A program made the translations under genes and the position numbers. A stretch of DNA of 64,000 nucleotides from contig JBEHXF010000004.1 of assembly GCA_048498835.1 (NCBI GenBank), forward strand, positions 1,307-65,306, given 5' to 3'. Positions 26,029-37,066 of this stretch are shown here, in pieces. The notes below the pieces were generated by a model that worked only from the letters and a program-made list of their open reading frames with translations, did no database searches and was not told where the DNA came from. Each line of letters begins with the position of its first letter. Position 1 is the first letter of the stretch. The stretch is from Chlamydiota bacterium (GTDB lineage: Bacteria > Chlamydiota > Chlamydiia > Chlamydiales > SM23-39).

Positions 26029-27122
26029 ACTTCAACGCTTCCCGCTTTCTCTTGTAGATAGTTTTGAATAATCGTTTTAATGTTGTCGCGGTTGATGCCA
26101 TACTTGCTCAAATCCATACCGAGCGAAAGTTCGAGTTCATCGAGCTTTTGCTTAATTTCGGTGAGCGACTTCTTACCGAAGTTGCGGAAACGGAGCATTT
26201 CTGACTCAGGCATAACAACCAGTTCGCCAATGGTGTCGATGTTGGCATTCGCCAAGCAGTTCGTCGAGCGAACAGAGAGTTCGATCTCGTTGATCTTCAA
26301 CGACAACTTCTGGAGAATTTCATCGCGATCTCGGTTCACGAGCGCTTCCCCTTTATCGAAGTGGATCGAGAGAGTTGAAATCTCTTTAAATACTTCGAAA
26401 TGGAGAATGCCGATTTGTGCGGCAAAGGTCAAAGCCTCAACAGGCGATACGCGACCATCTGTAGTTACTTCGAGGATCAAACGGTCGAAATCTGTATCTT
26501 GACCGACTCGTGTGTTCTCGACGTAATAATTGACTAAGCGAACAGGCGAAAACGAAGAATCGATGACAATTTCATCAACAACTCGCTCAAACGCGTGGCG
26601 CTCAGAAGGGACATAACCGCGGCCAATCGCCACTTTCAGATCAACTCGGCGCGACATCGGCTTTGTGACTGTGAAAATGTGGTGATCGGGATTTACGACT
26701 TCGAAAAAGTCGTTGCTGATCAAATCCTTCAACGTAACACGGTACTCTCCATCCCCTTTCTCAATCATTTCTTCGGTGATATCGAGGACTTTTGTAACCG
26801 TTTTAATTTCTCGTGGATCAGATTCAATCTGATCGTTGAGGCGGCGGATCAAAGCTCCTTTCAAATTCAAGACGATGTGCGTCATGTCTTGAATGATGCC
26901 GTCGACCGCCATGTATTCATGCGGAACGCCTTCAATGCGCACCGAGAGAATCGCAGGCGCCTCAAGAGAGGCTAACATGATCCTTCGGAGGGCATTGCCA
27001 ACAGTGTGGCCAAAACCGCGCTCAAAAGGCTCTACGATAAAGCGTGCGAAGGTCGCCTTCTGGCTGGCTTCATCGAGTTTGATTCGCTCTGGCATTTCGA
27101 ATTTGCCATACTTCACTGACAT
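26025..27122 (-). CDS. rpoA: DNA-directed RNA polymerase subunit alpha
   Basis: ORF track 26025..27203. Start set at the ATG at 27122 ([14 protein letters not shown]). [45 protein letters not shown]. Confidence 0.95.
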   Translation of the reverse strand: MSVKYGKFEMPERIKLDEASQKATFARFIVEPFERGFGHTVGNALRRIMLASLEAPAILSVRIEGVPHEYMAVDGIIQDMTHIVLNLKGALIRRLNDQIESDPREIKTVTKVLDITEEMIEKGDGEYRVTLKDLISNDFFEVVNPDHHIFTVTKPMSRRVDLKVAIGRGYVPSERHAFERVVDEIVIDSSFSPVRLVNYYVENTRVGQDTDFDRLILEVTTDGRVSPVEALTFAAQIGILHFEVFKEISTLSIHFDKGEALVNRDRDEILQKLSLKINEIELSVRSTNCLANANIDTIGELVVMPESEMLRFRNFGKKSLTEIKQKLDELELSLGMDLSKYGINRDNIKTIIQNYLQEKAGSVEV

Positions 27123-27144
27123 GCTAGGTCTCCTCTCAAGTGTT

Positions 27145-27561
27145 TTATACGCGTCTGCGTTTGCGCGCTCTGCAGCCGTTGTGCGGCACAGGTGTCTTAT
27201 CACGGATAATCGAAATGGAGAGCCCTGCGCTCATGAGGCCGCGGACTGCGGATTCGCGTCCTGCGCCTGGTCCATTCAAATTCACTTCACATTCTCTCAT
27301 TCCCAGAGCCATCGCTTCTTTCGCAGCGTTTTGAGCAGCGACAGTCGCTGCGAACGCAGACGATTTGCGCGATCCGGCAAAGTTCGCTTTACCAGCGGAT
27401 GACCAGGCGATGACGTTACCTGCTAAATCAGTAATAGCAACCGTCGTGTTGTTGAAGGTCGCTTTTACGTGAGCGATACCTGCAGGTACTGTGCGGATGA
27501 CTTTTTTCTTCACCCGTACACCGGCTTTTTTTGGGGGGACTTTCTGTTCTTGCTTAGCCAA
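27145..27561 (-). CDS. rpsK: 30S ribosomal protein S11
   Basis: GIAHVKATFNNTTVAITD...GSRKSSAFAA...DKTPVPHNGCRARKRRRV. Confidence 0.96.
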   Translation of the reverse strand: MAKQEQKVPPKKAGVRVKKKVIRTVPAGIAHVKATFNNTTVAITDLAGNVIAWSSAGKANFAGSRKSSAFAATVAAQNAAKEAMALGMRECEVNLNGPGAGRESAVRGLMSAGLSISIIRDKTPVPHNGCRARKRRRV

Positions 27562-27579
27562 GGGTCCTATCTCCTAAAG

Positions 27580-27948
27580 TTAGATTTTCTTGTTCGCGAC
27601 TGTTTTTCGTTTACCTTTACGGGTTCTCGAGTTCGTTCTGGTTCTTTGACCGCGAACTGGAAGGCCGAGGCGGTGACGTATGCCGCGATAGCAATGGATA
27701 CCGATGAGGCGTTTAATATTGTTTTGAACTTGGCGGCGCAGATCTCCCTCAACGATATACTCGGAGGTTAAAATCGCGTTCAATTGCGCAATTTGCGCTT
27801 CGGAGAGCTCACGAGCTCTCATATCTTTATTCAGACCGAGCTTCTCAATGATCTCTAGTGAGAGCGTTCGGCCGACCCCGAAGAGATAGGTCAGGGCGAT
27901 TTCTAATCGCTTGTTGTCTGGAATGTCAATCCCGATGACTCTAGGCAT
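27580..27948 (-). CDS. rpsM: 30S ribosomal protein S13
   Basis: [26 protein letters not shown]...[18 protein letters not shown]. Confidence 0.96.
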   Translation of the reverse strand: MPRVIGIDIPDNKRLEIALTYLFGVGRTLSLEIIEKLGLNKDMRARELSEAQIAQLNAILTSEYIVEGDLRRQVQNNIKRLIGIHCYRGIRHRLGLPVRGQRTRTNSRTRKGKRKTVANKKI

Positions 27949-28019
27949 GTTGGGTATTTCCTCTATTGGTCAGTACAAAATAACACAGAAACTGGTTAAA
28001 GTTCAAACTCTTATATGTT

Positions 28020-29405
28020 CTATCGCCCTCTTAGGCGTCCTTTGGTCATAAATCCGTCATACCGCTTCATAAGCAGATGAGACTCAACTTGTTTGGATGT
28101 ATCCAAAATAACCCCGACCAAGATCAATAGCGAAGTTCCGCCAAAAAACTGGCTGATATTCGCATCGACACCCATCAGCCGACCGACAAGAGTAGGCAAA
28201 ATGGCAATGATCGCCAGGAAAATAGCCCCGGCAAGAGTAATTCGGCTCATAGTCGACTCAAGAAATTCCTGGGTCGGCTTTCCTTGTCGAATTCCAGGTA
28301 CGAAAGCGCCATTCTTTTTCATATCGGATGCGATTTGCTCAGGTTTAAACTGAGTTGCAGTCCAGAAGTAAGTAAAAAATAGAATGAGCATCACATACAG
28401 GAACATGTAGACCCAAGATCCAGGCGATAGGTAGTTGGATACTTGTCCCATCCAGGTATTGCGACCCAAAAACTGGCCGATCGTAGCTGGAAACATCAAG
28501 AGTGCAGAGGCGAAAATCACAGGGATTACGCCAGCGTAGTTAATCTTGAGTGGAATATGGGAATTGCCCCCTTGCACTTCATGCCGGCCGACAATGCGTC
28601 TAGCATATTGCAATGGAATACGTCGCTGTCCTTGAATCACCAAAATGGTTCCCAAAATAATGAGAACAAAGAGGGTGCAAAGGACAATCAGCGTCGTGAA
28701 AGACAATTGTCCAGGATCTTGCGATCCTAGGTTTAGTTGATTGATGATCGAGCCAATCGTGCTAGGAAAGGAGGCGAGGATACCGACAGCGATGATCAAG
28801 CTGATACCGTTCCCAATCCCCTTCTCTGTAATTTGCTCGCCAACCCACATCAGGAAAAGAGTACCGGCTGTCATGGTGACCATTACAGTCAGATAGAACA
28901 ACCAAGAAAACCCAAATATCTGAACATCGATGAGTTGGGGAATGATGATTCCAGGGCTGCTCTGATTCATCGTCGCAACGAACTTAGCAAAAAGTCCAGA
29001 CTGAAAAAGAGCTAAAAAGAGAGTCGCTACACGAGTCCATTTGGAAAGTTTGCGACGACCTTGGTCGGGGCTTTCACGGATCTCACGTTGTAGCGATGGA
29101 ACCAAAGTGACTAACAGCTGCATGATAATCGAGGCGGAAATATAGGGCATAACACCCAGCGCCAGAATCGTCATTTTGGCAAAAGCTCCGCCTGAAAAAA
29201 TATCGACGAGCTGGAAGAGGTTTTGTCCTCCTCCAGTCGCATATTTAAAGAGGCTGATTGCCACATCTCCATTGATGCCCGGAACCGGAATGTATGAACC
29301 GATTCTGCAAGCAAACAGGAGAAGCAGTGTAAAGACAATTTTTGCCTTTAACTCAGGGATGCCGAACACGCGTCTTACCGCTTCGATCATAACCGCTCTA
29401 CTCAA
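28020..29405 (-). CDS. secY: preprotein translocase subunit SecY
   Basis: 461 aa with 10 TM segments. [29 protein letters not shown]. The start may be the ATG at 29390 (MIEAVRR). Confidence 0.95.
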   Translation of the reverse strand: MSRAVMIEAVRRVFGIPELKAKIVFTLLLLFACRIGSYIPVPGINGDVAISLFKYATGGGQNLFQLVDIFSGGAFAKMTILALGVMPYISASIIMQLLVTLVPSLQREIRESPDQGRRKLSKWTRVATLFLALFQSGLFAKFVATMNQSSPGIIIPQLIDVQIFGFSWLFYLTVMVTMTAGTLFLMWVGEQITEKGIGNGISLIIAVGILASFPSTIGSIINQLNLGSQDPGQLSFTTLIVLCTLFVLIILGTILVIQGQRRIPLQYARRIVGRHEVQGGNSHIPLKINYAGVIPVIFASALLMFPATIGQFLGRNTWMGQVSNYLSPGSWVYMFLYVMLILFFTYFWTATQFKPEQIASDMKKNGAFVPGIRQGKPTQEFLESTMSRITLAGAIFLAIIAILPTLVGRLMGVDANISQFFGGTSLLILVGVILDTSKQVESHLLMKRYDGFMTKGRLRGR

Positions 29406-29853
29406 TCAGGGTGTGTTGGACCGATAACTCTTTCAACTTTTCAATGGCCGCAGCAGAAAATGCATGCGCCTCAATCTTCACTTTTTTAGTGAGTTCGCCA
29501 ACAGCCAAGATCTTGATCCCGCCAGGTAGTCTGCGTGGGATGAGACCTTTTTCACGGAGCGTAACGACATTCACGGTTTCGCCGTCATTGTAGTACTGCT
29601 CGATGAGTTTTAAGCTAATCGATTGCGAAGCTTTCACAAAAAGTCCACGAGTAAAACCGCGGATTGGCAGCTTACGGTAAAGTGGTACTTGTCCGCCTTC
29701 ATATCCGAAACGCTTTCGGTATCCAGAGCGGTGGCTATCCCCTTTTCCGCCTCGTCCTGCGTGTCCACCGCGATGCGATCCGATACCTCGGCCGATTCGC
29801 TGGACTTTTTTCACAGGTCGCGATGTATTTTTCAGTTCCGATAGATTAAGCAT
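29398..29853 (-). CDS. rplO: 50S ribosomal protein L15
   Basis: [26 protein letters not shown]; conserved position between rpsE and secY. Confidence 0.93.
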   Translation of the reverse strand: MLNLSELKNTSRPVKKVQRIGRGIGSHRGGHAGRGGKGDSHRSGYRKRFGYEGGQVPLYRKLPIRGFTRGLFVKASQSISLKLIEQYYNDGETVNVVTLREKGLIPRRLPGGIKILAVGELTKKVKIEAHAFSAAAIEKLKELSVQHTLIE

Positions 29854-30370
29854 GGGCTGAAATCCCTTTTCTTTCGGAGAGTAGTTGCTCTCTATTTTTC
29901 AATTGACCAAAGGCTTTAAAAGTCGCCTTCACTTGGTTCAATGGGTTGTTCGATCCGAGATTCTTTGCGATGATATCTTTAACACCGCCGAGCTCCAATA
30001 CAGAACGGACTTTTGAACCTGCCACAACGCCTGCGCCCGAAGGTGCTGGTTTCAACAGAATTTTCGCGCCATCCCACTCAACGTAAATTTCGTGAGGAAT
30101 CGTCGTCCCTTCCAATTCAATTGTAAAGACGTTCTTGCGAGCAGCTTCTGTACCTTTGCGAATCGCATCGGAAACTTCGTTCGCTTTCGCAAAACCGTAA
30201 CCGACATGACCATGTCCATCGCCTACTACAATCAGAGCCGAGAAGCTGAACTTGCGTCCGCCTTTTACGACTTTCGAGCAGCGGTTGATGTACAGAACCT
30301 TTTCTTCAAACTCGGTGCTGAAATCTTCAGCGCGTTGTCTTTTTTGTTGCTTTGCCATGTTCTCGTCCAA
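29846..30370 (-). CDS. rpsE: 30S ribosomal protein S5
   Basis: INRCSKVVKGGRKFSFSALIVVGDGHGHVGYGFAKA. The start could be the ATG at 30358. Confidence 0.95.
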   Translation of the reverse strand: MDENMAKQQKRQRAEDFSTEFEEKVLYINRCSKVVKGGRKFSFSALIVVGDGHGHVGYGFAKANEVSDAIRKGTEAARKNVFTIELEGTTIPHEIYVEWDGAKILLKPAPSGAGVVAGSKVRSVLELGGVKDIIAKNLGSNNPLNQVKATFKAFGQLKNREQLLSERKGISAHA

Positions 30371-30373
30371 TCC

Positions 30374-30745
30374 TTAGAATTGCAGGCCAGCTTCGCGAGC
30401 AGCGTTTGCGAGTTCCGCAACGATTCCGTGAAACTTGTTTCGACCTCGGTCAAAGACGACCTTTTCGATGTTTTTTTCCTTCGCAAGCTCTGCGATCTGC
30501 GTGCCAATTTTGCGAGCGGAATCTTTCGATTTCCGATTAAAGTCTGTCCCTTTGTGGCCTTTCGACTGTGTACCAACTCCTGCTAGCGTGATGCCTAAAA
30601 CATCATCAATCAACTGAACATAGAGGTGGTGATTCGTCTTTGACACCGTCAGGCGAGGCTTTTGTGCAGTGCCTCTAACTTGCTTGCGGACGCGCATTAC
30701 GCGGGCTTTGCGCGCTCTGATTCGCCGTTTTTTTGAATTATCCAT
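30374..30745 (-). CDS. rplR: 50S ribosomal protein L18
   Basis: RKQVRGTAQKPRLTVSKTNHHLYVQLID...FDRGRNKFHGIVAELANAAREAGLQF. Confidence 0.95.
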   Translation of the reverse strand: MDNSKKRRIRARKARVMRVRKQVRGTAQKPRLTVSKTNHHLYVQLIDDVLGITLAGVGTQSKGHKGTDFNRKSKDSARKIGTQIAELAKEKNIEKVVFDRGRNKFHGIVAELANAAREAGLQF

Positions 30746-30762
30746 CTACATCTTTCCGAATG

Positions 30763-31311
30763 TTAAGCTTTGCCTTTAGCAGCTTTGCCTTCTTTCTTAC
30801 GCACGTACTCATTTTCATAACGTACGCCTTTGCCTTTATAAGGTTCTGGCGGTTTCATGGCGCGTACAGCAGCTGCAAATTGTCCAACTTGGTGTTTATC
30901 TATCCCTTTAATTTGAATAGCAACCCCTTTATCGACAGTTACTTGAATTCCTTTTGGGATTTCGATGGCGGTCGGGTGGGAAAATCCGAGCTGCATATCG
31001 AGCTTAGCGCCCGCTACGTTTGCACGATAACCTACGCCGATCAGCGCTAATTTTACTTCGAAACCTTCCGATACACCGATCACTGCATTATTCAGCAGCG
31101 AACGAAAGAGGCCGTGGAGAGCTTTCGAAGGAGACAATGTCTCATCGCGCTTCAACTCAACCGCTTGGCCTTCGATATGAAGCGAGAGCCCTGTTGGGAG
31201 CTTCAATTCGAGAGACCCTTTTGGCCCTTTTACTGTTACGGCGCCATCTTTGGCAGCCTTAATCTCTACGCCCTTCGGCAAAGAAACTGGTGTCTTTCCA
31301 AGTCTTGACAT
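30763..31311 (-). CDS. rplF: 50S ribosomal protein L6
   Basis: MSRLGKTPVSLPKGVEI...PPEPYKGKGVRYENEYV. Confidence 0.95.
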   Translation of the reverse strand: MSRLGKTPVSLPKGVEIKAAKDGAVTVKGPKGSLELKLPTGLSLHIEGQAVELKRDETLSPSKALHGLFRSLLNNAVIGVSEGFEVKLALIGVGYRANVAGAKLDMQLGFSHPTAIEIPKGIQVTVDKGVAIQIKGIDKHQVGQFAAAVRAMKPPEPYKGKGVRYENEYVRKKEGKAAKGKA

Positions 31312-31327
31312 CTCTTATCCTCTATCT

Positions 31328-31720
31328 CTACCAAACGGTGCAAACTAGTTCGCCGCCAACCTTCAGATTGCGGGCCGTTTCTCCATCGACAATTCCTTTC
31401 GGAGTCGAAACGATTGCGATTCCCATGCCGTTGAAGACTTTCGGGATTTCTCGGTAACCGATATAACGGCGGAGTCCGCAAGTCGACACTCGTTGGAGGT
31501 CGCGGATAACCGACTCGCGTGTCTTCGTATATCGAAGGAAGACGCGGATTTTATACTTTTCTTCGTTTACAAGGAAGTTCTCAATGAAGCCATGAGCTTT
31601 GAGAATCTCTAAAATTTTCACCTTGTTCTTGCTGAAGCTAATATCTACATAGCGATGCTGCGCATCTTTCGCATTGCGGATCTTGGTCAGCAACTCTGCA
31701 ATCGGGTCATTGAATGCCAT
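31328..31720 (-). CDS. rpsH: 30S ribosomal protein S8
   Basis: DPIAELLTKIRNA...GMGIAIVSTPKGIV...GGELVCTVW. Confidence 0.95.
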   Translation of the reverse strand: MAFNDPIAELLTKIRNAKDAQHRYVDISFSKNKVKILEILKAHGFIENFLVNEEKYKIRVFLRYTKTRESVIRDLQRVSTCGLRRYIGYREIPKVFNGMGIAIVSTPKGIVDGETARNLKVGGELVCTVW

Positions 31721-31747
31721 ACACTCCTTACTACTCCTACCAGCTCT

Positions 31748-32284
31748 CTACGATTTAAATGGGAACCCAAGCATCGTCAACAATTCGACGCAATCATCGT
31801 CTGATTGAGCAGTCGTAACGAGCGTAATGTTCATCCCTTGTGTACGCTTTACCTTATCCAGGTTGATCTCAGGGAAAATTTGTTGATCTGTAATGCCAAA
31901 ATTGAAATTTCCTCTGCCGTCGCACTTCCGGTTAAAACCGCGGAAGTCGCGAATGCGGGGAGATACGATATGGCAGAATCTGTCCAGAAAGTCGTACATT
32001 CTTTTGCCGCGCAAAGTGACCATCAAGCCAATCGGCTGATCTTCACGGAGCTTAAAGTTCGAAATCGCTTTTTTCGATTTCGTTACGACCGGTTTTTGGC
32101 CGGCGAGCAAAGTCAATTCATCGCTATGCTCTTGAATCGCGTTTTTATCTTTAATCGCGTCGCCTAGGCCCATGCTGATGACAATTTTTTTCAGCACAGG
32201 AAGTTCCATCACGCCTTTTTCTGGGTGGCGGTTCTTCAACTCAGGGACAATTTCTTTTTTATATCTCTTCTGCAATCTTGACAT
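31748..32284 (-). CDS. rplE: 50S ribosomal protein L5
   Basis: [16 protein letters not shown]...[18 protein letters not shown]. Only 27 nt separate it from rpsH, so no rpsN lies between them. Confidence 0.95.
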   Translation of the reverse strand: MSRLQKRYKKEIVPELKNRHPEKGVMELPVLKKIVISMGLGDAIKDKNAIQEHSDELTLLAGQKPVVTKSKKAISNFKLREDQPIGLMVTLRGKRMYDFLDRFCHIVSPRIRDFRGFNRKCDGRGNFNFGITDQQIFPEINLDKVKRTQGMNITLVTTAQSDDDCVELLTMLGFPFKS

Positions 32285-32296
32285 GTTGCTCTCAAA

Positions 32297-32629
32297 TTAT
32301 GCGGGTTTTTTCATCGAGCGGTAGACGACTTCTTTTCCGCCGTTTTGAAAAACTAGCTCTCTTTCGCCGCTCTTCGCTAGTTTTGTGCGAAGACGGATTT
32401 TCTGACCTTCTTTCGTGCACAGTGCAACGTTCGAAATATGGATCGGTATTTCCATTTCAACGACGCGGCCGCCCTGAGTCTGCTGAGTGCGGCGCATGTG
32501 TTTTTTACGCACGTTCACACCCTGTACGAGGATTCTCTCTTCGCTGCGCGACAGAACTTCGCCTGTCTTGCCTTTATCATTTCCTGCGATCACGATAACT
32601 CGATCGCCTTTGCGGATATTTTTGCTCAT
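32297..32629 (-). CDS. rplX: 50S ribosomal protein L24
   Basis: IRKGDRVIVIAGNDKGKTGEVL (KOW motif). Confidence 0.93.
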   Translation of the reverse strand: MSKNIRKGDRVIVIAGNDKGKTGEVLSRSEERILVQGVNVRKKHMRRTQQTQGGRVVEMEIPIHISNVALCTKEGQKIRLRTKLAKSGERELVFQNGGKEVVYRSMKKPA

Positions 32630-32638
32630 GAGAGTCTC

Positions 32639-33007
32639 CTAAATCACTTCTGGGGCGAGCGAACTGATTTTCACAAATCCACCATCGCGAACTTCGCGAG
32701 CGATGGGTCCGAAAATACGGGTTCCACGCGGGTTATTTTTATCATCGATGATCACGCAGCTATTGTCGTAAAAGCGCAGCAATGAGCCGTCGTCTCTACG
32801 GATATAGCTTTTCGTCCGAACAACGACAGCTTTAACTACTTCGCCTTTCTTCACAGCGCCTTTGGGGTCAGCTTCTTTCACCGCGCATACGATGATGTCG
32901 CCAACTCGCGCATAACGCTTGCGGGTTCCCCCGAGGACTTTAAAGCAGCGGACTTGCTTAGCACCGGTATTGTCGGCCACTTCGAGATTTGTTTCTTGTT
33001 GAATCAT
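32639..33007 (-). CDS. rplN: 50S ribosomal protein L14
   Basis: [27 protein letters not shown]... Confidence 0.97.
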   Translation of the reverse strand: MIQQETNLEVADNTGAKQVRCFKVLGGTRKRYARVGDIIVCAVKEADPKGAVKKGEVVKAVVVRTKSYIRRDDGSLLRFYDNSCVIIDDKNNPRGTRIFGPIAREVRDGGFVKISSLAPEVI

Positions 33008-33026
33008 AATCTTCCTTAGCTCTCTA

Positions 33027-33278
33027 TTAGAGGACTTCCACTACGCGCCAGCGCTTTAACTTAGAAAGCGGCCGTGTTTCAGTAATTCTTACTTTTTGGC
33101 CGATCTCGAGCGCGTCGCTATCGTCTTGTGCATAATATTTTTTAGAGCGCTCGATGACTTTGGAATACTTTCCATGTCTCATCTTACGCGATACTTTTAC
33201 CACGACTGTCTTATCCATTTTATTGGAGATGACAACGCCGATGTTTTCTTTGCGTTTGCCTCGTGTCTCAGTAGTCAT
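33027..33278 (-). CDS. rpsQ: 30S ribosomal protein S17
   Basis: [18 protein letters not shown]...YAQDD...[15 protein letters not shown]. Confidence 0.94.
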   Translation of the reverse strand: MTTETRGKRKENIGVVISNKMDKTVVVKVSRKMRHGKYSKVIERSKKYYAQDDSDALEIGQKVRITETRPLSKLKRWRVVEVL

Positions 33279-33487
33279 GCGACCACTCCTTTAGAGCGTT
33301 GCTGTTGCGTCATAGCGGTTAATAGGCGTGCCTTCTCTCTCCGCTTCGCTTTAATGAGATGAGGCTTTTCTAGCTTGCGATTGGTCGTGAGTTCATTGCG
33401 CAAAGCAAAGATCTCTCTTTCGAGCTCAACCACTTTAGCTTGCATGTCTTGAGCGGATGGCTCAGCTTTTTTCGTTTTCTTTGCCAT
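33275..33487 (-). CDS. rpmC: 50S ribosomal protein L29
   Basis: 70 aa. [34 protein letters not shown]. Conserved position between rplP and rpsQ. Confidence 0.9.
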   Translation of the reverse strand: MAKKTKKAEPSAQDMQAKVVELEREIFALRNELTTNRKLEKPHLIKAKRREKARLLTAMTQQQRSKGVVA

Positions 33488-33489
33488 TG

Positions 33490-33909
33490 TTATACTCTCT
33501 CCAATCTATCGACAAACTTCGTGCGGATTGGCAATTTAGCCGATGCGAGTTTCAACGCTTGTTGCGCTTCTTCTCGTGTGACGTTGCCAACTTCAAACAA
33601 AACTACGCCTGGTTTCACCGGAGCAACCCAATGATCGAGTCCGCCCTTTCCTGTACCTTGGCGAGTTTCTGCTGGTTTTTTCGAAACAGGCTTGTCGGTA
33701 AAGATTTTAATCCAAACCTGGCCTTTTCGGCTAAAGTAACGTGTCATAGCCACTCGGCAAGCTTCGATTTGTTGGGAAGTAATCCAACCGCGGTCGAGCG
33801 CCTGCATGCCAAAGTCGCCAAACTCGACAAACATTCTAGCTTTGGCCAGACCGGCAAGGCTTCCGCGCTGCTGTTTTCTGTACTTTGTACGTTTGGGCAA
33901 CATAGCCAT
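33490..33909 (-). CDS. rplP: 50S ribosomal protein L16
   Basis: [14 protein letters not shown]...[12 protein letters not shown]... Confidence 0.96.
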   Translation of the reverse strand: MAMLPKRTKYRKQQRGSLAGLAKARMFVEFGDFGMQALDRGWITSQQIEACRVAMTRYFSRKGQVWIKIFTDKPVSKKPAETRQGTGKGGLDHWVAPVKPGVVLFEVGNVTREEAQQALKLASAKLPIRTKFVDRLERV

Positions 33910-33915
33910 AATTCG

Positions 33916-34572
33916 TTAACTCCCAACTACTTGTTTCGGCTTCACGAGGACTTCTTCGCCTTTGTTAATCCATACTTTAACGCCGATCGATCCGTAGGTC
34001 GTCTCAGCGCGGCCATGTGCGTAGTCGATGTCAGCGCGGAGTGTGTGGAGAGGAATTCGTCCCTCTTTATACCACTCAACTCGTGCGATCTCGGCTCCGC
34101 CAATACGGCCGGATACTTGTACTTTGATTCCAGCTGCGCCTGCATCCATTGAAGTCTGCATTGCTTTTTTCAAGATGCGGCGGAAAGGAATTCGTCTTTC
34201 GAGTTGTTTTGCAATCCCGTCAGCGACGAGTTTTGCGTCGAGATCAGGTCTCTTGATCTCTTCCACTTCGATCCAAACTTCTTTTCCGGTCAATGCGCGG
34301 AGTTCATTTTTCAATACATCGATTTCAGCGCCTTTCTTACCAATCACGAGACCTGGTCTCGATGTCATGATCGTCACTTCAATCTTCCCGCTCATTCTCT
34401 TAATCAAAAACTTCGAAGCGCCTTGGCAAGCAGCCTTGGTCATCAGAAGTTTTCTGATTTCGCGGTCTTCTGAAATCAAATTTCCGAACTCTTGCTTATT
34501 GGCAAACCAGTTGGAGAGCCATCTTTTTCTCGTTACGAGGCGGAAGCCGGTTGGCGATACTTTTTGTCCCAT
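33916..34572 (-). CDS. rpsC: 30S ribosomal protein S3
   Basis: MGQKVSPTGFRL...RPGLVIGKKGAEI (KH domain)...GRIGGAEIAR. Confidence 0.96.
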   Translation of the reverse strand: MGQKVSPTGFRLVTRKRWLSNWFANKQEFGNLISEDREIRKLLMTKAACQGASKFLIKRMSGKIEVTIMTSRPGLVIGKKGAEIDVLKNELRALTGKEVWIEVEEIKRPDLDAKLVADGIAKQLERRIPFRRILKKAMQTSMDAGAAGIKVQVSGRIGGAEIARVEWYKEGRIPLHTLRADIDYAHGRAETTYGSIGVKVWINKGEEVLVKPKQVVGS

Positions 34573-34586
34573 TCTATTGCTCTCCC

Positions 34587-34928
34587 TTACTTGTCTTCAG
34601 CCGAGAGGACGATCGTAAAATGACTCGTCCGTTTATTCACAGGTACCGAAGAACCTTTGCTTCGCGCTTTCGCACGGCGCAAGATAGGGCCTGCATCGAC
34701 CCGAATCTCGTGTACTTTTAGTTGTTCGCGGCGCGCATCGAGTTGCGTTTCAGCATTTGCGACAGCGCTATCCAGCGTCTTTTTAATCAATCTTCCGCCA
34801 CGCAGTTTGCTGTACAGCAACTGAAGGGTCGCTTGCTCAACAGGGAGCCCGCGAATCAGATCGGCAGCATAGCGCGCTTTTCTCGGAGAAATTCTTACGA
34901 ATCTAGTCTTTGCTCTTGCGAATTGCAT
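34587..34928 (-). CDS. rplV: 50S ribosomal protein L22
   Basis: AKTRFVRISPRKARYAADLIRG...VDAGPILRRAKARSKG. Confidence 0.94.
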   Translation of the reverse strand: MQFARAKTRFVRISPRKARYAADLIRGLPVEQATLQLLYSKLRGGRLIKKTLDSAVANAETQLDARREQLKVHEIRVDAGPILRRAKARSKGSSVPVNKRTSHFTIVLSAEDK

Positions 34929-34931
34929 CGT

Positions 34932-35228
34932 TTAACTTCCCTGTGATTGTGGTGCAGCAGCAGCAGCCGTTTTTTTCGGGTGGCCCTTGAATGTACGAGT
35001 CGGAGAAAATTCGCCTAAGCGATGGCCGACCATATTCTCGGAGACAAACACCGAAATGAACTTCTTGCCATTATAGACCTCGAAAGTCTGACCCACCATT
35101 TCTGGTATGATCGTCGACCGTCGTGACCACGTTTTAATCACTTTTTTGGAGCTATCTTTATTGTTTTTTTCTACTTTTGCCAACAGGTGATGGTCGACAA
35201 AAGGACCTTTTTTCAGCGATCTTCCCAT
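34932..35228 (-). CDS. rpsS: 30S ribosomal protein S19
   Basis: [16 protein letters not shown]...[16 protein letters not shown]. Confidence 0.96.
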   Translation of the reverse strand: MGRSLKKGPFVDHHLLAKVEKNNKDSSKKVIKTWSRRSTIIPEMVGQTFEVYNGKKFISVFVSENMVGHRLGEFSPTRTFKGHPKKTAAAAAPQSQGS

Positions 35229-35232
35229 GGAC

Positions 35233-36054
35233 TTATCTGCGCTCCTTTACAATCCATTTTCTCGACTTCTTCGTGGAACGGGTGCGGTAGCCTTTGGTAA
35301 ATTGTGCCCAAGGCGTTTGAGGATGGTTACCTTTACCGCGTCCTTCACCACCACCCATTGGGTGGTCGACAGGGTTCATTGCAGTACCGCGAACAGTGGG
35401 TCGAATACCCATCCATCTTGCGCGTCCTGCTTTACCGATAACTCTTAAGTTGTGTTCGGCATTCGACAAAGCGCCAAAAGTCGCTCGGCACTCTTCGTTG
35501 ATCATCCGAACTTCGCCCGATGGCATACGGAGAGTAACGTGTCCCCCGCTGCGCGCCAGTAGCTGAGCCGAAAGACCCGCTGAGCGAATGAATTTTCCGC
35601 CACGGCCAGGATAGAGTTCAACGTTGTGAACAACTGAGCCGAGTGGCATATACTTCAAGCGCATGCAGCAGCCGACTTTGAACGGTGGCTCATCGCTTGT
35701 CTGAACCGTATCGCCCACTTTCAAACCTTGTGGAGCGAGGATGAATCTTTTTTCGCCATCTTCGTAGTTTACGAGCGCGATCAAAGCCGATCGGTTAGGA
35801 TCATATTCGATTGAAGCGACTCGCGCAGGGATATTTTCCTTGTCGCGCTTGAAGTCGATCAAACGGTACTTTCTCTTGTGTCCGCCACCTTTATGACGGC
35901 ACGTGATGTGACCGTTGTGGTTACGTCCATTAGTTCTGCGCTTTGGCGCTAGAAGCGACTTAGGGATCTTCTTGTCGCTTGGATCCAGCTCATCAAAAGC
36001 AGGCTGGACTAGCTTTCTTTGTCCAGGTGTTACAGGTCGGAATAGTTTCGGCAT
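35233..36054 (-). CDS. rplB: 50S ribosomal protein L2
   Basis: ORF track 35233..36087. Start set at the ATG at 36054 ([13 protein letters not shown]). [15 protein letters not shown] and [17 protein letters not shown]. Confidence 0.96.
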   Translation of the reverse strand: MPKLFRPVTPGQRKLVQPAFDELDPSDKKIPKSLLAPKRRTNGRNHNGHITCRHKGGGHKRKYRLIDFKRDKENIPARVASIEYDPNRSALIALVNYEDGEKRFILAPQGLKVGDTVQTSDEPPFKVGCCMRLKYMPLGSVVHNVELYPGRGGKFIRSAGLSAQLLARSGGHVTLRMPSGEVRMINEECRATFGALSNAEHNLRVIGKAGRARWMGIRPTVRGTAMNPVDHPMGGGEGRGKGNHPQTPWAQFTKGYRTRSTKKSRKWIVKERR

Positions 36055-36064
36055 ACAGGTCCCT

Positions 36065-36394
36065 TTACACTTTCTCGTCGATTGCATCGCCCGGACGGAA
36101 GGTTACAACGGCTTTCTTAACGCGCGCTGTCTTCCCGGTAAAACCGCGAACTCGTCTCCATTTTGAAGGAACGGAAATCGTGTTTACGGATACGACTTTT
36201 ACTTTCTTTTCTGCATAAATCTGCTCGACAGCCGCTTTGATTTGGGCTTTATTAGCGCCTGTGTCGACTTCGAACACTACTTTCGGAGATTTGCATTTTG
36301 TGACGCAGCGGTTGCTGGTCGCATGCTGTAAGTTCTCCAATACCCGGCTCTTCTCAGTAATGCGCCGGCGTTTGACTATCTGATAGGGATTCAT
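36065..36394 (-). CDS. rplW: 50S ribosomal protein L23
   Basis: 109 aa. [22 protein letters not shown]...VNT pattern and position between rplD and rplB. Confidence 0.9.
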   Translation of the reverse strand: MNPYQIVKRRRITEKSRVLENLQHATSNRCVTKCKSPKVVFEVDTGANKAQIKAAVEQIYAEKKVKVVSVNTISVPSKWRRVRGFTGKTARVKKAVVTFRPGDAIDEKV

Positions 36395-36407
36395 ATTTTT
36401 GCCTTCC

Positions 36408-37055
36408 TTAACCGAGTAGGGAGATCAATTCATCAAGTGCCGACTCGAGGACAATCACTTCCTGCGAACGGACTAACTCATAACCATTGAGCTGAGGTAG
36501 CGGCATATATTCTTTCTTCGGAATATTGCGCATGCTCTTCACTAAATTTGTGTGGAGAACGTGTGCCCCTTCTTTCACATCGCCAACCATCAAAATGCGA
36601 CGGTTTTTGATTTCGAGCTTGTCGAGCATATCCGCAACAGCTTTTGTCTTCGGCTTTTGCATACCTTTTGCATGCAAGACATGGATCTTATTCGCCTTGA
36701 TCTTCTCTGCGATCAAGAATCGAATCGCGGCGCGCCGCTCTTTTTTATTGATCCGTGTATTCACGTCAAATTTGGGCTTTGGTCCCCATACAACAGCTCC
36801 GCCTTTATAGTGCGGCGCAGCGAGGTCGCCCTGTCGGGAACGGCCTTGCCCTTTTTGAGGGTGAGGTTTCTTGCCGGTGTGGTGTGATTCGCTTCTTCGC
36901 TTTGTATTCGCAGACCATTGGCGAGCGTTATTGCGAAGGGCCACAATGTAATCTTTAATAGACTGGGAGTGGGCAGCCACTTCCAGCAGCGCGTCGTCGA
37001 TTTTTACCGTGCCGACTTCTTTTCCTGCAATGTCGTATTTCTTCAGCGTAGCCAC
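36408..37055 (-). CDS. rplD: 50S ribosomal protein L4
   Basis: 215 aa. ...KKPHPQKGQGRSRQGDLAAPHYKGGAVVWGPKP... and conserved position. Confidence 0.93.
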   Translation of the reverse strand: MATLKKYDIAGKEVGTVKIDDALLEVAAHSQSIKDYIVALRNNARQWSANTKRRSESHHTGKKPHPQKGQGRSRQGDLAAPHYKGGAVVWGPKPKFDVNTRINKKERRAAIRFLIAEKIKANKIHVLHAKGMQKPKTKAVADMLDKLEIKNRRILMVGDVKEGAHVLHTNLVKSMRNIPKKEYMPLPQLNGYELVRSQEVIVLESALDELISLLG

Positions 37056-37066
37056 TTATAAACTCC

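Noticed and set aside
33457-34618. Long plus-strand ORFs (231 aa at 33457-34152 and 196 aa at 34028-34618), plus many 60-160-aa ORFs antisense to the ribosomal-protein operon.
   Set aside because: They lie entirely opposite highly conserved r-protein genes. They have no SD, motif or plausible start context, and their low-complexity composition is typical of shadow frames.
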